Assembly: GCA_964346755.1 (NCBI GenBank)
Contig: CAYFWJ010000002.1
Location: 5,939 to 69,938 of the forward strand
From: an uncultured Ectothiorhodospiraceae bacterium
GTDB taxonomy: Bacteria > Pseudomonadota > Gammaproteobacteria > CAYFWJ01
Length of the DNA: 64,000 nucleotides
Direction of reading: 5' to 3'
Shown here: piece after piece, positions 1 through 9,120 of the stretch
How the letters are laid out: every line of letters starts with the position of its first letter
Position numbering within the stretch: position 1 is the first letter of the stretch
Position numbers and translations under genes: made by a program
The notes under the pieces: generated by a model
What the model was told of the DNA's origin: nothing
Database searches by the model: none
The model's input: only the letters and a program-made list of their open reading frames with translations

Positions 1-78
1 CCCGAGCGGCTCGGGGCGTGGCATGAACGCCTGACCTGACATGTGCCAACCCGAGTGCACCTCAACCCAACCCGTTGA

Positions 79-900
79 TTGATGCCTGAGCGAACCGTCT
101 ACTTCCTCTCCGACCGAACGGGGATCACCGTCGAAACGGTCGGACACATGCTCTTGACGCAGTTCGAGCAGGTCCCGTTTCGTTCGGTCAATTGGCCATT
201 CATCGACGATTCGACCAAGGCCGACGAGGTTGTGGCCGCCATCAACCGTTCGGCCCAGGAAGACGGTCTACGCCCGTTGGTGTTCAGCACGCTGGTCGAC
301 GCCGACATGCGGGCGATCATTCGGGCCTCGCAGGGGGTATTCTTTGATCTGTTCGACGCCTTCATCGATCGGTTGGAAGCGGAGTTGGGGGTTCCGTCAT
401 CGCCGATGCAAGGGCGCTCCCATAGCATGGGGGCCGTCGCCCGCTACGATACCCGCATCAGCGCCCTGAACTACGCCTTGAATCACGACGATGGGCTCGC
501 CCGTCAGGGCTACGAGGGCGCCGATATCCTGCTCCTCGGGGTGTCTCGCTCCGGCAAGACGCCGACCTGCCTCTACCTCGCCCTGCAGTATGGCCTGTTC
601 GCTGCGAACTACCCGTTGACCGAGGACGATCTCGATACGCACACCTTGCCGGCCGGCCTGGAGCCCTATCGCCCCAAACTCTTCGGTTTGACCATCACAC
701 CGCAAAGGCTTCAGCAGATCCGAAGTGAACGGCGGCCGAATCGAACGTACTCCGCCTTGGATCAATGCCGCTATGAAGTGCGTCGAGCCGAGCAGCTCTA
801 CCTCCGCGAGCGCATCCCGTATCTGGATACCAGTGCAATCTCCGTGGAAGAGATCAGCACCACGGTCCTTCATCGAATGCATCTTGAGCGACGTTTTTGA
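79..900 (+). CDS. ppsR: Phosphoenolpyruvate synthase regulatory protein (PEP synthetase kinase/pyrophosphorylase, DUF299 family)
   Basis: The 273-aa ORF aligns along its length with E. coli YdiA/PpsR, including the P-loop-like motif GVSRSGKTP. The window starts inside what is probably the ppsA-ppsR divergent region. Confidence 0.85.
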   Translation: MMPERTVYFLSDRTGITVETVGHMLLTQFEQVPFRSVNWPFIDDSTKADEVVAAINRSAQEDGLRPLVFSTLVDADMRAIIRASQGVFFDLFDAFIDRLEAELGVPSSPMQGRSHSMGAVARYDTRISALNYALNHDDGLARQGYEGADILLLGVSRSGKTPTCLYLALQYGLFAANYPLTEDDLDTHTLPAGLEPYRPKLFGLTITPQRLQQIRSERRPNRTYSALDQCRYEVRRAEQLYLRERIPYLDTSAISVEEISTTVLHRMHLERRF

Positions 901-934
901 GCGGTTCAGGGGGGGTCGGCGAGCGGTGCCTTCG

Positions 935-2827
935 TTAGTCCTCGAGGTAGGTGTAGCCCGATAGGCCATTGGCGAGGATCTCGGTGCATCGATCCCGTTG
1001 CTGCGGGGATAGGCCGGCGGCCTCAAGCTTGGCCGCAAAGGCGGAATGGATCCGCTCGGGGTCAAAGTGGACGTAGCGTAACAGGGCATCGATGGTATCG
1101 CCCTGTTCCGGTTGGCTCAGGTGATACCCGCCGTCGGCGGTCAACTCGATGTTGATCGAGTCCGTATCGCCGAAGAGGTTGTGGAGATCGCCGAGGATCT
1201 CTTGATAGGCCCCGACGAGGAAGATCCCCAGCAGATAGGGCGTGTCGTCTGTCAGCGCGTGCACCGGAAGCGTCGGTTCAATGCCATCCGGCCCCACGTA
1301 GGCCTGGATCTGCCCGTCGGAGTCGCAGGTGAGATCCCCCACGACAGCCCGGCGCTCGGGGCGCTCATTTAGGCGGCTCAAGGGGAGGATGGGGAAGACC
1401 TGGTCGATCCCCCAGACATCCGGCGTCGATTGGAAGACGGAGAAGTTACAGAAGTATTTATCCGCGAGCTTCTCATTGAGTTCCTGCTGGATCGCTGGGG
1501 CTTGCCGAGGATGCGTCTCAAGCCATTGCCGAACTCGAGCACAGGTGTGGATGTAGAGTTGTTCGGCCAGGGCCCGTTGTTCGAGGGATAGGACACCGTA
1601 GGTGTATAGATCCTGTGCCTCGGCGAGCCAGTACGCGGCGTCGTGGTAACGCTCGGTTGCCGAGAGTTCGGGGTCGTCCTCCGTCAGGGCACGGAGATTG
1701 TGCAGAATGGCCGGCGCCTCCGAGGACAACGGCAGGGCGGGTTCGCTCGGCTCGATCACCTCCGTATCGATGACCGAGGTGATCAAGACCGCGTGGTGGG
1801 CGGCCATCGCCCGTCCGGCCTCGGTGATCAGATGGGGATGGGGCAGGTCCTGTTCAGCGCATACCTCGCGGAAGGTCCGCACCACGTTGTTGGCATACTC
1901 GCGGAGACCGTAGTTGATCGAACAATCGCCCCGGCTACGCGTGCCTTCGTAGTCGATACCGAGGCCTCCACCCACGTCGACAATCCCCATGGGGGCACCG
2001 AGCTGACAGAATTCGCTGTAATAGCGGGCCGCCTCCCGCAAACCGTTTTGAATGGCCCGGATGTTGGCGATCTGTGACCCCATATGGAAATGCAACATCC
2101 GCAACCAATGCAATCGCCCGGTGGCCCGCAGCCGTTCGACGGCGGCTTGGGCTTGGGCGGCGGAGAGGCCGAATTTCGATTTCTCGCCCCCGGTGTTCTG
2201 CCAATTGCCTGTGCCCAAGGAGGCGAGTCGTATCCTTAGTCCGAGTAGGGGCTCGATGCCGAGTTCCTCGGCAACGGCTGCGATCCGATCCAGCTCCGAG
2301 GGCTTCTCGATGACCAGATAAACGGGATGACCGAGGGCCCGACCGATCAGGGCGAGCCGGATGTACTCGCGATCCTTGTAGCCGTTGCACACGATGAGCC
2401 CGTCCGGTTGCCGTGCCAGGGCAAGCACGGCAATGAGCTCGGGTTTGCTACCCGCCTCGAGGCCGACTCGGTCGCCGTGCTCAAGGATGCGCTCCACCAC
2501 ACTACGCTGTTGATTCACCTTGATCGGATACACCGCTGTGTAGCCGCCGGTGTAGCCCATCTCGTCCCGGGCACCAGCAAAGGCGTCACACAACCGGCGA
2601 ACGCGGTCATCCAGGATATCTTGGAAACGACACAGGAGTGGAAGCTGCAGGTCGTAATCCCGGGCGGCACGGGGAATCGACTCGAGGGCGATGCCCGGAT
2701 GATCCGGCCGGAGGTTCCGGCCGATGATGACCCGGCCGTCCGGAGCGATGTCGACGTATCCCTCCCCCCAGACCTTGGTGCGGTAGGTGGTGCGAGCGCT
2801 GGCGATGGTCCAGCCGGTGTTCGACAT
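935..2827 (-). CDS. speA: Biosynthetic arginine decarboxylase
   Basis: The 630-aa ORF is collinear with E. coli SpeA (VYPIKVNQ, GSKPEL, CNGYKDREYIRLALIG, EKSKFGL, HFHxGSQ and GYTYLED at the C-terminus). Confidence 0.9.
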   Translation of the reverse strand: MSNTGWTIASARTTYRTKVWGEGYVDIAPDGRVIIGRNLRPDHPGIALESIPRAARDYDLQLPLLCRFQDILDDRVRRLCDAFAGARDEMGYTGGYTAVYPIKVNQQRSVVERILEHGDRVGLEAGSKPELIAVLALARQPDGLIVCNGYKDREYIRLALIGRALGHPVYLVIEKPSELDRIAAVAEELGIEPLLGLRIRLASLGTGNWQNTGGEKSKFGLSAAQAQAAVERLRATGRLHWLRMLHFHMGSQIANIRAIQNGLREAARYYSEFCQLGAPMGIVDVGGGLGIDYEGTRSRGDCSINYGLREYANNVVRTFREVCAEQDLPHPHLITEAGRAMAAHHAVLITSVIDTEVIEPSEPALPLSSEAPAILHNLRALTEDDPELSATERYHDAAYWLAEAQDLYTYGVLSLEQRALAEQLYIHTCARVRQWLETHPRQAPAIQQELNEKLADKYFCNFSVFQSTPDVWGIDQVFPILPLSRLNERPERRAVVGDLTCDSDGQIQAYVGPDGIEPTLPVHALTDDTPYLLGIFLVGAYQEILGDLHNLFGDTDSINIELTADGGYHLSQPEQGDTIDALLRYVHFDPERIHSAFAAKLEAAGLSPQQRDRCTEILANGLSGYTYLED

Positions 2828-2906
2828 GGGGACTCCCTAGGACCTCTTAAGGCGGCGTGGAACCCGTGAGCCCATCCGGAAGATGCTCCGCGTCGCCGCG
2901 GTCCGC

Positions 2907-4127
2907 TCAGTCGCGAAAACGCCGGAACACCAGGCTGGCGTTGGTCCCGCCGAATCCGAAGCTATTGGACAGGATGGTATCGAGTCGCCTATCCGACGTC
3001 AGGGCTTGGACGATGGGCACACCCGCAGCCTGAGGGTCGAGCTGTTCGATGTTGACGGAGGGCGCGATGAAGCCTTCGTGCATCATGATCAGACTGTAGA
3101 CGGCCTCATGGGCGCCGGCGGCCCCTAGGGCGTGACCGGTTAGGGATTTGGTCGAGGCGACGCGTGGGACCGCTTCGCCGAAGACCTCGCGCAGGGCATC
3201 CAACTCACGGCCATCGCCGGCGGGTGTGCCGGTACCGTGGGCGTTGATGTAATCGATCTCGTGGGCGTCGACCCCTTCAAGGGCCAGGCCCATGGCACGC
3301 GCCGCTCCCTCGCCGGACGGCTGCACCATGTCGTAGCCATCCGAGGTTGCCCCGTAGCCGATGAGCTCGGCATAGATCGGTGCCCCTCTCGCTTGGGCGT
3401 GTTCCAGGGCCTCGAGCACTAGCATGCCACCCCCACCGGAGATCACGAAGCCGTCTCGGTTTTGATCATAGGGCCGCGAGGCGCGTTCCGGGGCGTCATT
3501 GAATTGGCTCGAGAGGGCGCCCATGGCGTCGAACATTAAGCTCTGGGTCCAGTGAAGCTCCTCGCCACCGCCAGCGAATACCACGTCTTGTTTACCCAGC
3601 TGAATGAGCTCCATGGCATTGCCGATGCAGTGGGCGCTGGTGGCACAGGCCGAGCTGATGGAGTAGTTCACCCCCAGGATCTTGAACGGGGTCCCCAGGC
3701 ACGCGGAGGTCGTCGAACCCATGGTTCGTGTGACCCGGTAGGGCCCGACGCGGCGAACCCCTTTTTGACGCAAGACATCGGCGGCCTCGACGACGTTGGC
3801 CGTCGAGGCGCCACCGGAGCCGACGATCAGGCCGGTCTTGGGGTGCGAGACCTCGGTCTCTGAGAGACCCGCGTCGGCGATCGCATCCGCCATGGCCACA
3901 TAGGCGTAGGCGGCCGCATCGCCCATGAAGCGTAGTAGCTTCCGGTCGATCCGCGCCTCGAGGTCGATATCCAACGCCCCGTGGACCTGAGAGCGAAAGC
4001 CGTATTCCGCATAATCCGGTGCCGAAACGATACCGCCGCGGCCGGCCCGAAGGGCGTCTCGAACCGTGTCTCGATCGTTGCCGATGCTGGAGACAACGCC
4101 CATACCCGTGACAACAACCCGTCTCAA
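2907..4127 (-). CDS. fabB: 3-oxoacyl-ACP synthase I (beta-ketoacyl-ACP synthase)
   Basis: KAS I/II signature with active-site Cys in the SACATS context and HGTGT. The annotated ORF has an N-terminal extension that overlaps fabA. A probable TTG start at 4127 is preceded by AGGGGA and lies 10 nt after the fabA stop, giving a roughly 406-aa product typical of FabB. Confidence 0.8.
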   Translation of the reverse strand: MRRVVVTGMGVVSSIGNDRDTVRDALRAGRGGIVSAPDYAEYGFRSQVHGALDIDLEARIDRKLLRFMGDAAAYAYVAMADAIADAGLSETEVSHPKTGLIVGSGGASTANVVEAADVLRQKGVRRVGPYRVTRTMGSTTSACLGTPFKILGVNYSISSACATSAHCIGNAMELIQLGKQDVVFAGGGEELHWTQSLMFDAMGALSSQFNDAPERASRPYDQNRDGFVISGGGGMLVLEALEHAQARGAPIYAELIGYGATSDGYDMVQPSGEGAARAMGLALEGVDAHEIDYINAHGTGTPAGDGRELDALREVFGEAVPRVASTKSLTGHALGAAGAHEAVYSLIMMHEGFIAPSVNIEQLDPQAAGVPIVQALTSDRRLDTILSNSFGFGGTNASLVFRRFRD

Positions 4128-4137
4128 CGTCGTTCCC

Positions 4138-4671
4138 CTAGAAATTCTCGGTGGTGATGAAAAGCCCAACCCGGAGATCCTTGGCGACGTAGATCTCGCG
4201 GTCGTCCACACTCATGGTCGCGTCGCCGATCCCCATGGTGAGCTTGCGGCGAATGATTCGCTTCATGTGAACGGCGTAATCCACCCGCTGGGACGTCGGC
4301 AGAACTTGGCCAGCGTATTTGACTTCGCCGACACCGAGGGCGCGACCACGCCCTTCGCCTCCGCTCCAGCCGAGGAAGAAGCCAATGAGCTGCCACATGG
4401 CATCCAGCCCCAGGCACCCCGGCATCACCGGATCCCCTTGGAAATGGCAATCGAAGAACCAGAGATCCGGTTGGATGGCCAGCTCGGCCCGAATCAGGCC
4501 GCGTTCGAAATCGCCTCCCGTGTCGCTGATGTGACTGATCCGGTCGAACATCAGCATGGGCGGCATCGGCAATTGCGGATTGCCGGGGCCGAATAGCTCA
4601 CCGCGGCCGCAGGCGAGGAGGTCTTCGAATTCGTATCGATCGCGCCGAGGCGCCGGGTCGTGTGTTTCCAC
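4138..4671 (-). CDS. fabA: 3-hydroxydecanoyl-ACP dehydratase/isomerase
   Basis: Strong identity to E. coli FabA (DLLASGRGELFG, [28 protein letters not shown]). A GTG start at 4671 matches the E. coli N-terminus; the longer ATG ORF reaching 4734 is unlikely. Confidence 0.8.
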   Translation of the reverse strand: METHDPAPRRDRYEFEDLLACGRGELFGPGNPQLPMPPMLMFDRISHISDTGGDFERGLIRAELAIQPDLWFFDCHFQGDPVMPGCLGLDAMWQLIGFFLGWSGGEGRGRALGVGEVKYAGQVLPTSQRVDYAVHMKRIIRRKLTMGIGDATMSVDDREIYVAKDLRVGLFITTENF

Positions 4672-4787
4672 CGTTGCCAATCGTCGTCGTAACTCGAAAC
4701 CGGGGACGGTACCGAGAGCGGCACCGGATTGCAACGTCTATCGGTCGACGTCAACCATAGGGCGCGGTTCGACCTGGGGCGCTCGCG

Positions 4788-6347
4788 CTAGCTGTCCTTG
4801 AGCCAACGGACGTTGTAGAGATCGAGGCGCCGATCTTGTAGGTTGCGTACGCTGCCCGACAGACGCAGCTCCTTGAGTTTATCGAGGTCCAGGTCCGAGA
4901 TGAGGGTCATCTCGGTGTTCGGCGTCGCCTCGTCCGCGATGGCGTCGTGGGGAAAGGCGAAATCCGACGGCGTGAACACAGCGGCCTGCGAGTATTGCAT
5001 ATCGCTGTTCTCGACCTTCGGCAGGTTGCCGACGCTGCCTGTGGTGATCACGTAGCACTCGTTCTCGATCGCCCGGGCTTGGCCGCAGCGACGCACCCGC
5101 AAATAGGCATTGCGGGTGTCGGTCCAGAAGGGCACGAACAGCAGCTGCATCCCTTGCTCGCCGAGCAGGCGGGTCAATTCGGGGAACTCAACATCGTAGC
5201 AGATCAGGATCCCGACCTTGCCCGCGTCGGTCTGGAAGACCTGTAGCTCGTTACCCCCTTGCAGGCCCCAGTAGGTCGCCTCGTCCGGCGTGATATGGAG
5301 CTTGTATTGGCGGTCGATGGTGCCGTCGCGATGACACAGGTAACACACGTTGCGCAGGACCTGATCCTGGTACTCCGGCATGCTCCCGGCGATGATATTG
5401 ATGTTATAGACGATGGCCAGCTCCGCCATCTTGTCCCGCAGTGGCTCGGTGTATTGGGCGAGATCGCGGATCGCCTGTGCCGGGTTGTCTTGATTGAATT
5501 GCGCCATGAGCGGGATGTTGAAGAACTCCGGGAACAGCAGAAAGTCGGCCTGATAGCCAGCGACTGCGTCGACGAAGAACTCCACCTGTTGCAGGAGCTC
5601 CTCGAGGCTACCGACCGAGCGCATCTGCCATTGCACGGCCCCGATACGGATCACGCGCTTGGGGGCCGTCACCGTACTCGCCGGGTCCTCATAGTGGATA
5701 TTGGTCCACTCCAACAAGACCGCATACCCACGGGATTCCGAATCCTCAGGGGAATAACCGGGAATCAGCCCGCGGATATGGAAGTCGTTCGCAAGCTGGA
5801 AGCTCAGGACCGGGTCGAAGATCTCTTTGGCCTTGACCTGTTCGACGTAATCGCTCGGCGTCATCGTATCCATGTGGCGCGCATACCCGGGGATGCGTCC
5901 ACCGACGACGAAGGCTCGAAGGTTCAGCTTGCGACACAGCGCCTTGCGGGCGTCGTAGAGGCGGCGGCCGAGACGCATACCCCGATAATCGGGATGCACG
6001 AAGATATCCACGCCATACAGCGTGTCTCCGTGGGGGTCATGGGTCGTCAAAAAACCGTTGCCCGTGATCTGCCGGTAGGTGTGGCGATCACCAAAGCGCC
6101 GGTAATCGACGATCAGGCTGATCGCGGCGGCCACGACGCGGCCGTGATCCTCAATGCATAACTGACCTTCGGGGAAACGCGTGACCTGGGCGGCGAATTG
6201 CTTCTCCGCCCAGGCACCGCCGAGACTGGGATAGACTCGGTCCATGATCTCGGCCAGATCCGGGTAGTCGACCGGGGTCAAGGTGCGGAGGCTCAGGTTG
6301 TGCTGACGTTCGGAGACTTCGGGCGTTGAGATCGCCTCATGATTCAT
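4788..6347 (-). CDS. Bifunctional GNAT N-acetyltransferase / carbon-nitrogen hydrolase (nitrilase superfamily) fusion protein
   Basis: The N-terminal ~170 aa form a GNAT fold (acetyl-CoA motif RGMRLGRRLY). The C-terminal ~300 aa form a CN-hydrolase domain with the catalytic E-K-C triad context (FPEFF, ILICYDVEFPE). Confidence 0.75.
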   Translation of the reverse strand: MNHEAISTPEVSERQHNLSLRTLTPVDYPDLAEIMDRVYPSLGGAWAEKQFAAQVTRFPEGQLCIEDHGRVVAAAISLIVDYRRFGDRHTYRQITGNGFLTTHDPHGDTLYGVDIFVHPDYRGMRLGRRLYDARKALCRKLNLRAFVVGGRIPGYARHMDTMTPSDYVEQVKAKEIFDPVLSFQLANDFHIRGLIPGYSPEDSESRGYAVLLEWTNIHYEDPASTVTAPKRVIRIGAVQWQMRSVGSLEELLQQVEFFVDAVAGYQADFLLFPEFFNIPLMAQFNQDNPAQAIRDLAQYTEPLRDKMAELAIVYNINIIAGSMPEYQDQVLRNVCYLCHRDGTIDRQYKLHITPDEATYWGLQGGNELQVFQTDAGKVGILICYDVEFPELTRLLGEQGMQLLFVPFWTDTRNAYLRVRRCGQARAIENECYVITTGSVGNLPKVENSDMQYSQAAVFTPSDFAFPHDAIADEATPNTEMTLISDLDLDKLKELRLSGSVRNLQDRRLDLYNVRWLKDS

Positions 6348-6664
6348 GGCGGGCAGCTCGTTGACGGGGCTTGGGTTGAACGGCGTCCGCGGCCATAGGC
6401 GAGCGGGCGGTGTCCGTCAGGGGGCGGTTCATGGCCATGCAGCCCGCCCGATGGGCGTCGCCCGCACCCGCCCCGAGGCGTCGTGGTGTCACCGCCTTGG
6501 GTTCGATCGTTGGTGCCAAGCGCAACAGCCAATCCAGGATAGTCAAGGGCAAGGCCTCCGGTCAAAGGGCTGCCGTTCGGGTCGGTGGCACGCGTCGCGG
6601 CGTGAAATTCCCCATCGGCATCGCGTTGATCCGAGGTCCTCGAGGAGGCATGCTAACCTCTTGT

Positions 6665-6683
6665 GATGTCATTGTTCGACATC
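6665..6683. promoter_or_regulatory. Inverted repeat GATGTC-N7-GACATC in the divergent intergenic region between the GNAT-nitrilase gene and the Rrf2 regulator gene (candidate Rrf2 operator)
   Basis: Read directly from the sequence (GATGTCATTGTTCGACATC) about 90 bp upstream of the Rrf2 start, in a locally AT-richer stretch. Confidence 0.3.
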
Positions 6684-6768
6684 GAGCCGGTGGGGATCGC
6701 GCGCCTCCCGGCGGCTCGCCGATGACTCAACCCATCCCCGCGACGAGCGATGAGGCCGTCATGCCATC

Positions 6769-7215
6769 ATGCACCTGACCCAGCAGACCGACTATGCCCT
6801 TCGCGTGCTCATGTACCTCGCCTTGAGTCGGGAACGACGCGTGACGGTCTCGGAGCTGTCCGAGCGGCTGGATATCGCCCGTAACCACCTCACCAAAATC
6901 GTCCATCGTCTGGCCCGCGAGGGTTTGGTCCTTACGGTTCGTGGACCCCAAGGGGGCGTGACGCTCGCGAAAGAGCCGGCGACGATTCGGGTCGGGTACG
7001 TGGTGCGACGAACGGAACCCACCTTGAAACCCGTCGATTGCCAGCAACCGGGGTGTCCGCTGGCTAGCGCTTGCCGACTCGCCTCGGTTTGGGAGCGGGC
7101 TCGAGATGCCTTTCTCCGAGAGCTCGATGAGTGCAGCGTTGCGGATCTCGTCGTGAATCGCCACGAGCTTTTGCCGCTGTTGGAGCGGACAGATCTCGAT
7201 TCGTCGACGGGCTAG
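6769..7215 (+). CDS. Rrf2 family transcriptional regulator (IscR/NsrR-like, putative Fe-S cluster ligand cysteines)
   Basis: N-terminal wHTH (TDYALRVLMYLA, VSELSERLDI, LTKIVHRLAREGLV) and three cysteines spaced CxxxxCxxxxxC, typical of cluster-binding Rrf2 proteins. It is divergent from the GNAT-nitrilase gene, and its 3' end overlaps the 3' end of the convergent sirtuin gene by 4 nt. Confidence 0.8.
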   Translation: MHLTQQTDYALRVLMYLALSRERRVTVSELSERLDIARNHLTKIVHRLAREGLVLTVRGPQGGVTLAKEPATIRVGYVVRRTEPTLKPVDCQQPGCPLASACRLASVWERARDAFLRELDECSVADLVVNRHELLPLLERTDLDSSTG

Positions 7216-8234
7216 GTCGAGTCGATCTCGGCTCGAGGGGGGCCTCCTCCTTGGGTTGACTCGGTTGGTCGGTCGGGACGGTGCGGGTTGCCAGGCCCCG
7301 ATCCGGTTGGTGATCGGTCCTCGAATAACGTGGGCAGGATGGTCTCGCATGAACCATCGAGCTTTTCCCACGCGAGGTCGTCCGCTCGGGTCCGTCCGCG
7401 GTTGAGGATCAGGATCGGGATACCGATTTGGGCCGCGTGGCGACAGAAGCGGTACCCTGAGTAGACCATCAGGGACGAGCCCACGACAACCATCAGGTCA
7501 CTCCGCGCGAGGGCTGAGTAGGCTGCGTCGACTCGTTCGCTGGGCATGGATTCGCCGAAGAAGACGACATCCGGTTTGAGCACCCCACGGCACCGTGGAC
7601 AGGCGGGCACTTGAAAGCGTCCGGCGACCGGCTCGCTTCGCTCCGCATCGCCGTCGGGAGCGCTCGGGGCCGGTTCGATGCGGTCCGGTACCCCATTGAG
7701 GTGAGCCAACTGCTCTTGGAAGTCTACGCGGCTCAGTCGGAACGCACAATCGAGGCAAATCACATCCGCGAGTCGTCCGTGGAGTTCCAGGACGTCGGTC
7801 GACCCCGCGGTCTGATGGAGACCGTCGACGTTTTGGGTGACGAGTCGCTCGACCCGGCCTCGGTGCTCCAATCGTGCCAAGGCCGTATGCGCCGAATTCG
7901 GGCGAGCGCGACGCAGCCGTTCCCACCCGACCTGACTGCGGGCCCAGTAGCGTTGCCGAGCCGTTGGGTCAGCAACGAAGGACTGGTACCGCATGGGCTG
8001 CGGTCGTTTCCAATCCCCGCCGGCGTCTCGATAATCCGGTATTCCACTGGGTGTGCTGCACCCGGCCCCGGTTAACACGAAGAGCCGCGTGAACTCCCTC
8101 AGCCGAACCCGAACACGGTCCAGGGCGGTGTGCGACTCGGTCACTGGCCATTGCCCCCGGGTTGGCCCTCGCCGTTGAGCGGGAGCGGCGGTTGGGGGTA
8201 GCGTTCCGGGCGGTTCATGGGTCGCCGGCCTCAC
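7212..8234 (-). CDS. NAD-dependent protein deacylase, Sir2 family (sirtuin)
   Basis: Sirtuin motifs GAGxSxxSGIPDYR, QNVDGLH and a Zn ribbon CxxC...CxxC are present. It has a ~45-aa N-terminal extension and a Pro/Gly-rich low-complexity C-terminal tail. Its start overlaps the upstream ORF by 20 nt. Confidence 0.8.
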   Translation of the reverse strand: MRPATHEPPGTLPPTAAPAQRRGPTRGQWPVTESHTALDRVRVRLREFTRLFVLTGAGCSTPSGIPDYRDAGGDWKRPQPMRYQSFVADPTARQRYWARSQVGWERLRRARPNSAHTALARLEHRGRVERLVTQNVDGLHQTAGSTDVLELHGRLADVICLDCAFRLSRVDFQEQLAHLNGVPDRIEPAPSAPDGDAERSEPVAGRFQVPACPRCRGVLKPDVVFFGESMPSERVDAAYSALARSDLMVVVGSSLMVYSGYRFCRHAAQIGIPILILNRGRTRADDLAWEKLDGSCETILPTLFEDRSPTGSGPGNPHRPDRPTESTQGGGPPRAEIDST

Positions 8235-9117
8235 CGCGCTTCACGGGTAGGTTCAGCGCCTCGCCGAGTCGCTCCAGGGCCGACCAGCCCTGCGCCTCGT
8301 CGGATACGCGAAGGATGGCGATCCGTCCGCCGTGGGGGGCCCCGGCGTCGGTCAAATCCCACTCCAGCTGGATGCCGTCCGCTGCCAATCGGGCCTGTAG
8401 CGCGGTATCCTTTGCGACCGGGCCGCTCGCGTCGGTGAAGCATGAGAAGACATAGCCGCCTGGGGGTGGCCCCCGCTGCGCCCATCGGCCGGTGTCGACC
8501 AGCCGCGCCCAATCGCGCACCCAACCCGGTCCGTAGAACTCGATAAAGGCGTTGGATCCGCGCAGATGGGCCTCGATGACGTAGCCTTGCAGGAGCTCGA
8601 AGTTGGTGATCCCCGTGTAATCCGGCAGATTTGCGGCGATCCATTCGGTTAACTGGGCCTCGATGGCGGGGGCGGAGCCCCCGATGCGCCAATAGACCGG
8701 ACGGGTGTCGACCCGTTGCGGTGAGGCGCTGGTATGGGCGAACCACACGGCCCGCCCCGATTGGACCATAACGTCGGTGCTCGTTTGCTCACCGGTGAGC
8801 AGCTCCGACCAAAAATACCCGGGCTCCTCGGGGATGGCCTCGGCCGAGACGGGGCGGGCCCCCTTGGATAGGCCGAAGAGATTCGTGATGGGCTTGAGGA
8901 AGACGGTCGTCTCCGGGGCGAACCCGTAACGGGCCGGGGGAACGCCCGTCGGCGCCGCCGTGACCCCCTGGGTCAGGGCGAGCTCCAGCTTGTTGTAGAC
9001 CCAACGGTGTCGCGGATTGAGGCGCCAGGCCTCGGCATCGCTGACGCCGATGGCGCGATAGGGCTCTACCTCCGCGAAGATGTGGCGTCGACGCGGCAAA
9101 ATGCCATAGAACGGCAT
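8215..9117 (-). CDS. Hypothetical protein, possibly ATP-grasp-like fold (unassigned)
   Basis: This 300-aa ORF is packed tightly between the Mo-oxidoreductase (4-nt gap) and the sirtuin (20-nt overlap). There are weak ATP-grasp-like segments (FLKPITNLFGLSKGA, IEFYGPG), but no family could be assigned by eye. Confidence 0.55.
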   Translation of the reverse strand: MPFYGILPRRRHIFAEVEPYRAIGVSDAEAWRLNPRHRWVYNKLELALTQGVTAAPTGVPPARYGFAPETTVFLKPITNLFGLSKGARPVSAEAIPEEPGYFWSELLTGEQTSTDVMVQSGRAVWFAHTSASPQRVDTRPVYWRIGGSAPAIEAQLTEWIAANLPDYTGITNFELLQGYVIEAHLRGSNAFIEFYGPGWVRDWARLVDTGRWAQRGPPPGGYVFSCFTDASGPVAKDTALQARLAADGIQLEWDLTDAGAPHGGRIAILRVSDEAQGWSALERLGEALNLPVKRGEAGDP

Positions 9118-9120
9118 CCG

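Noticed and set aside
5259-6161. 300-aa plus-strand ORF
   Set aside because: It is antisense to the GNAT-nitrilase gene, which has clear domain homology. A shadow ORF.
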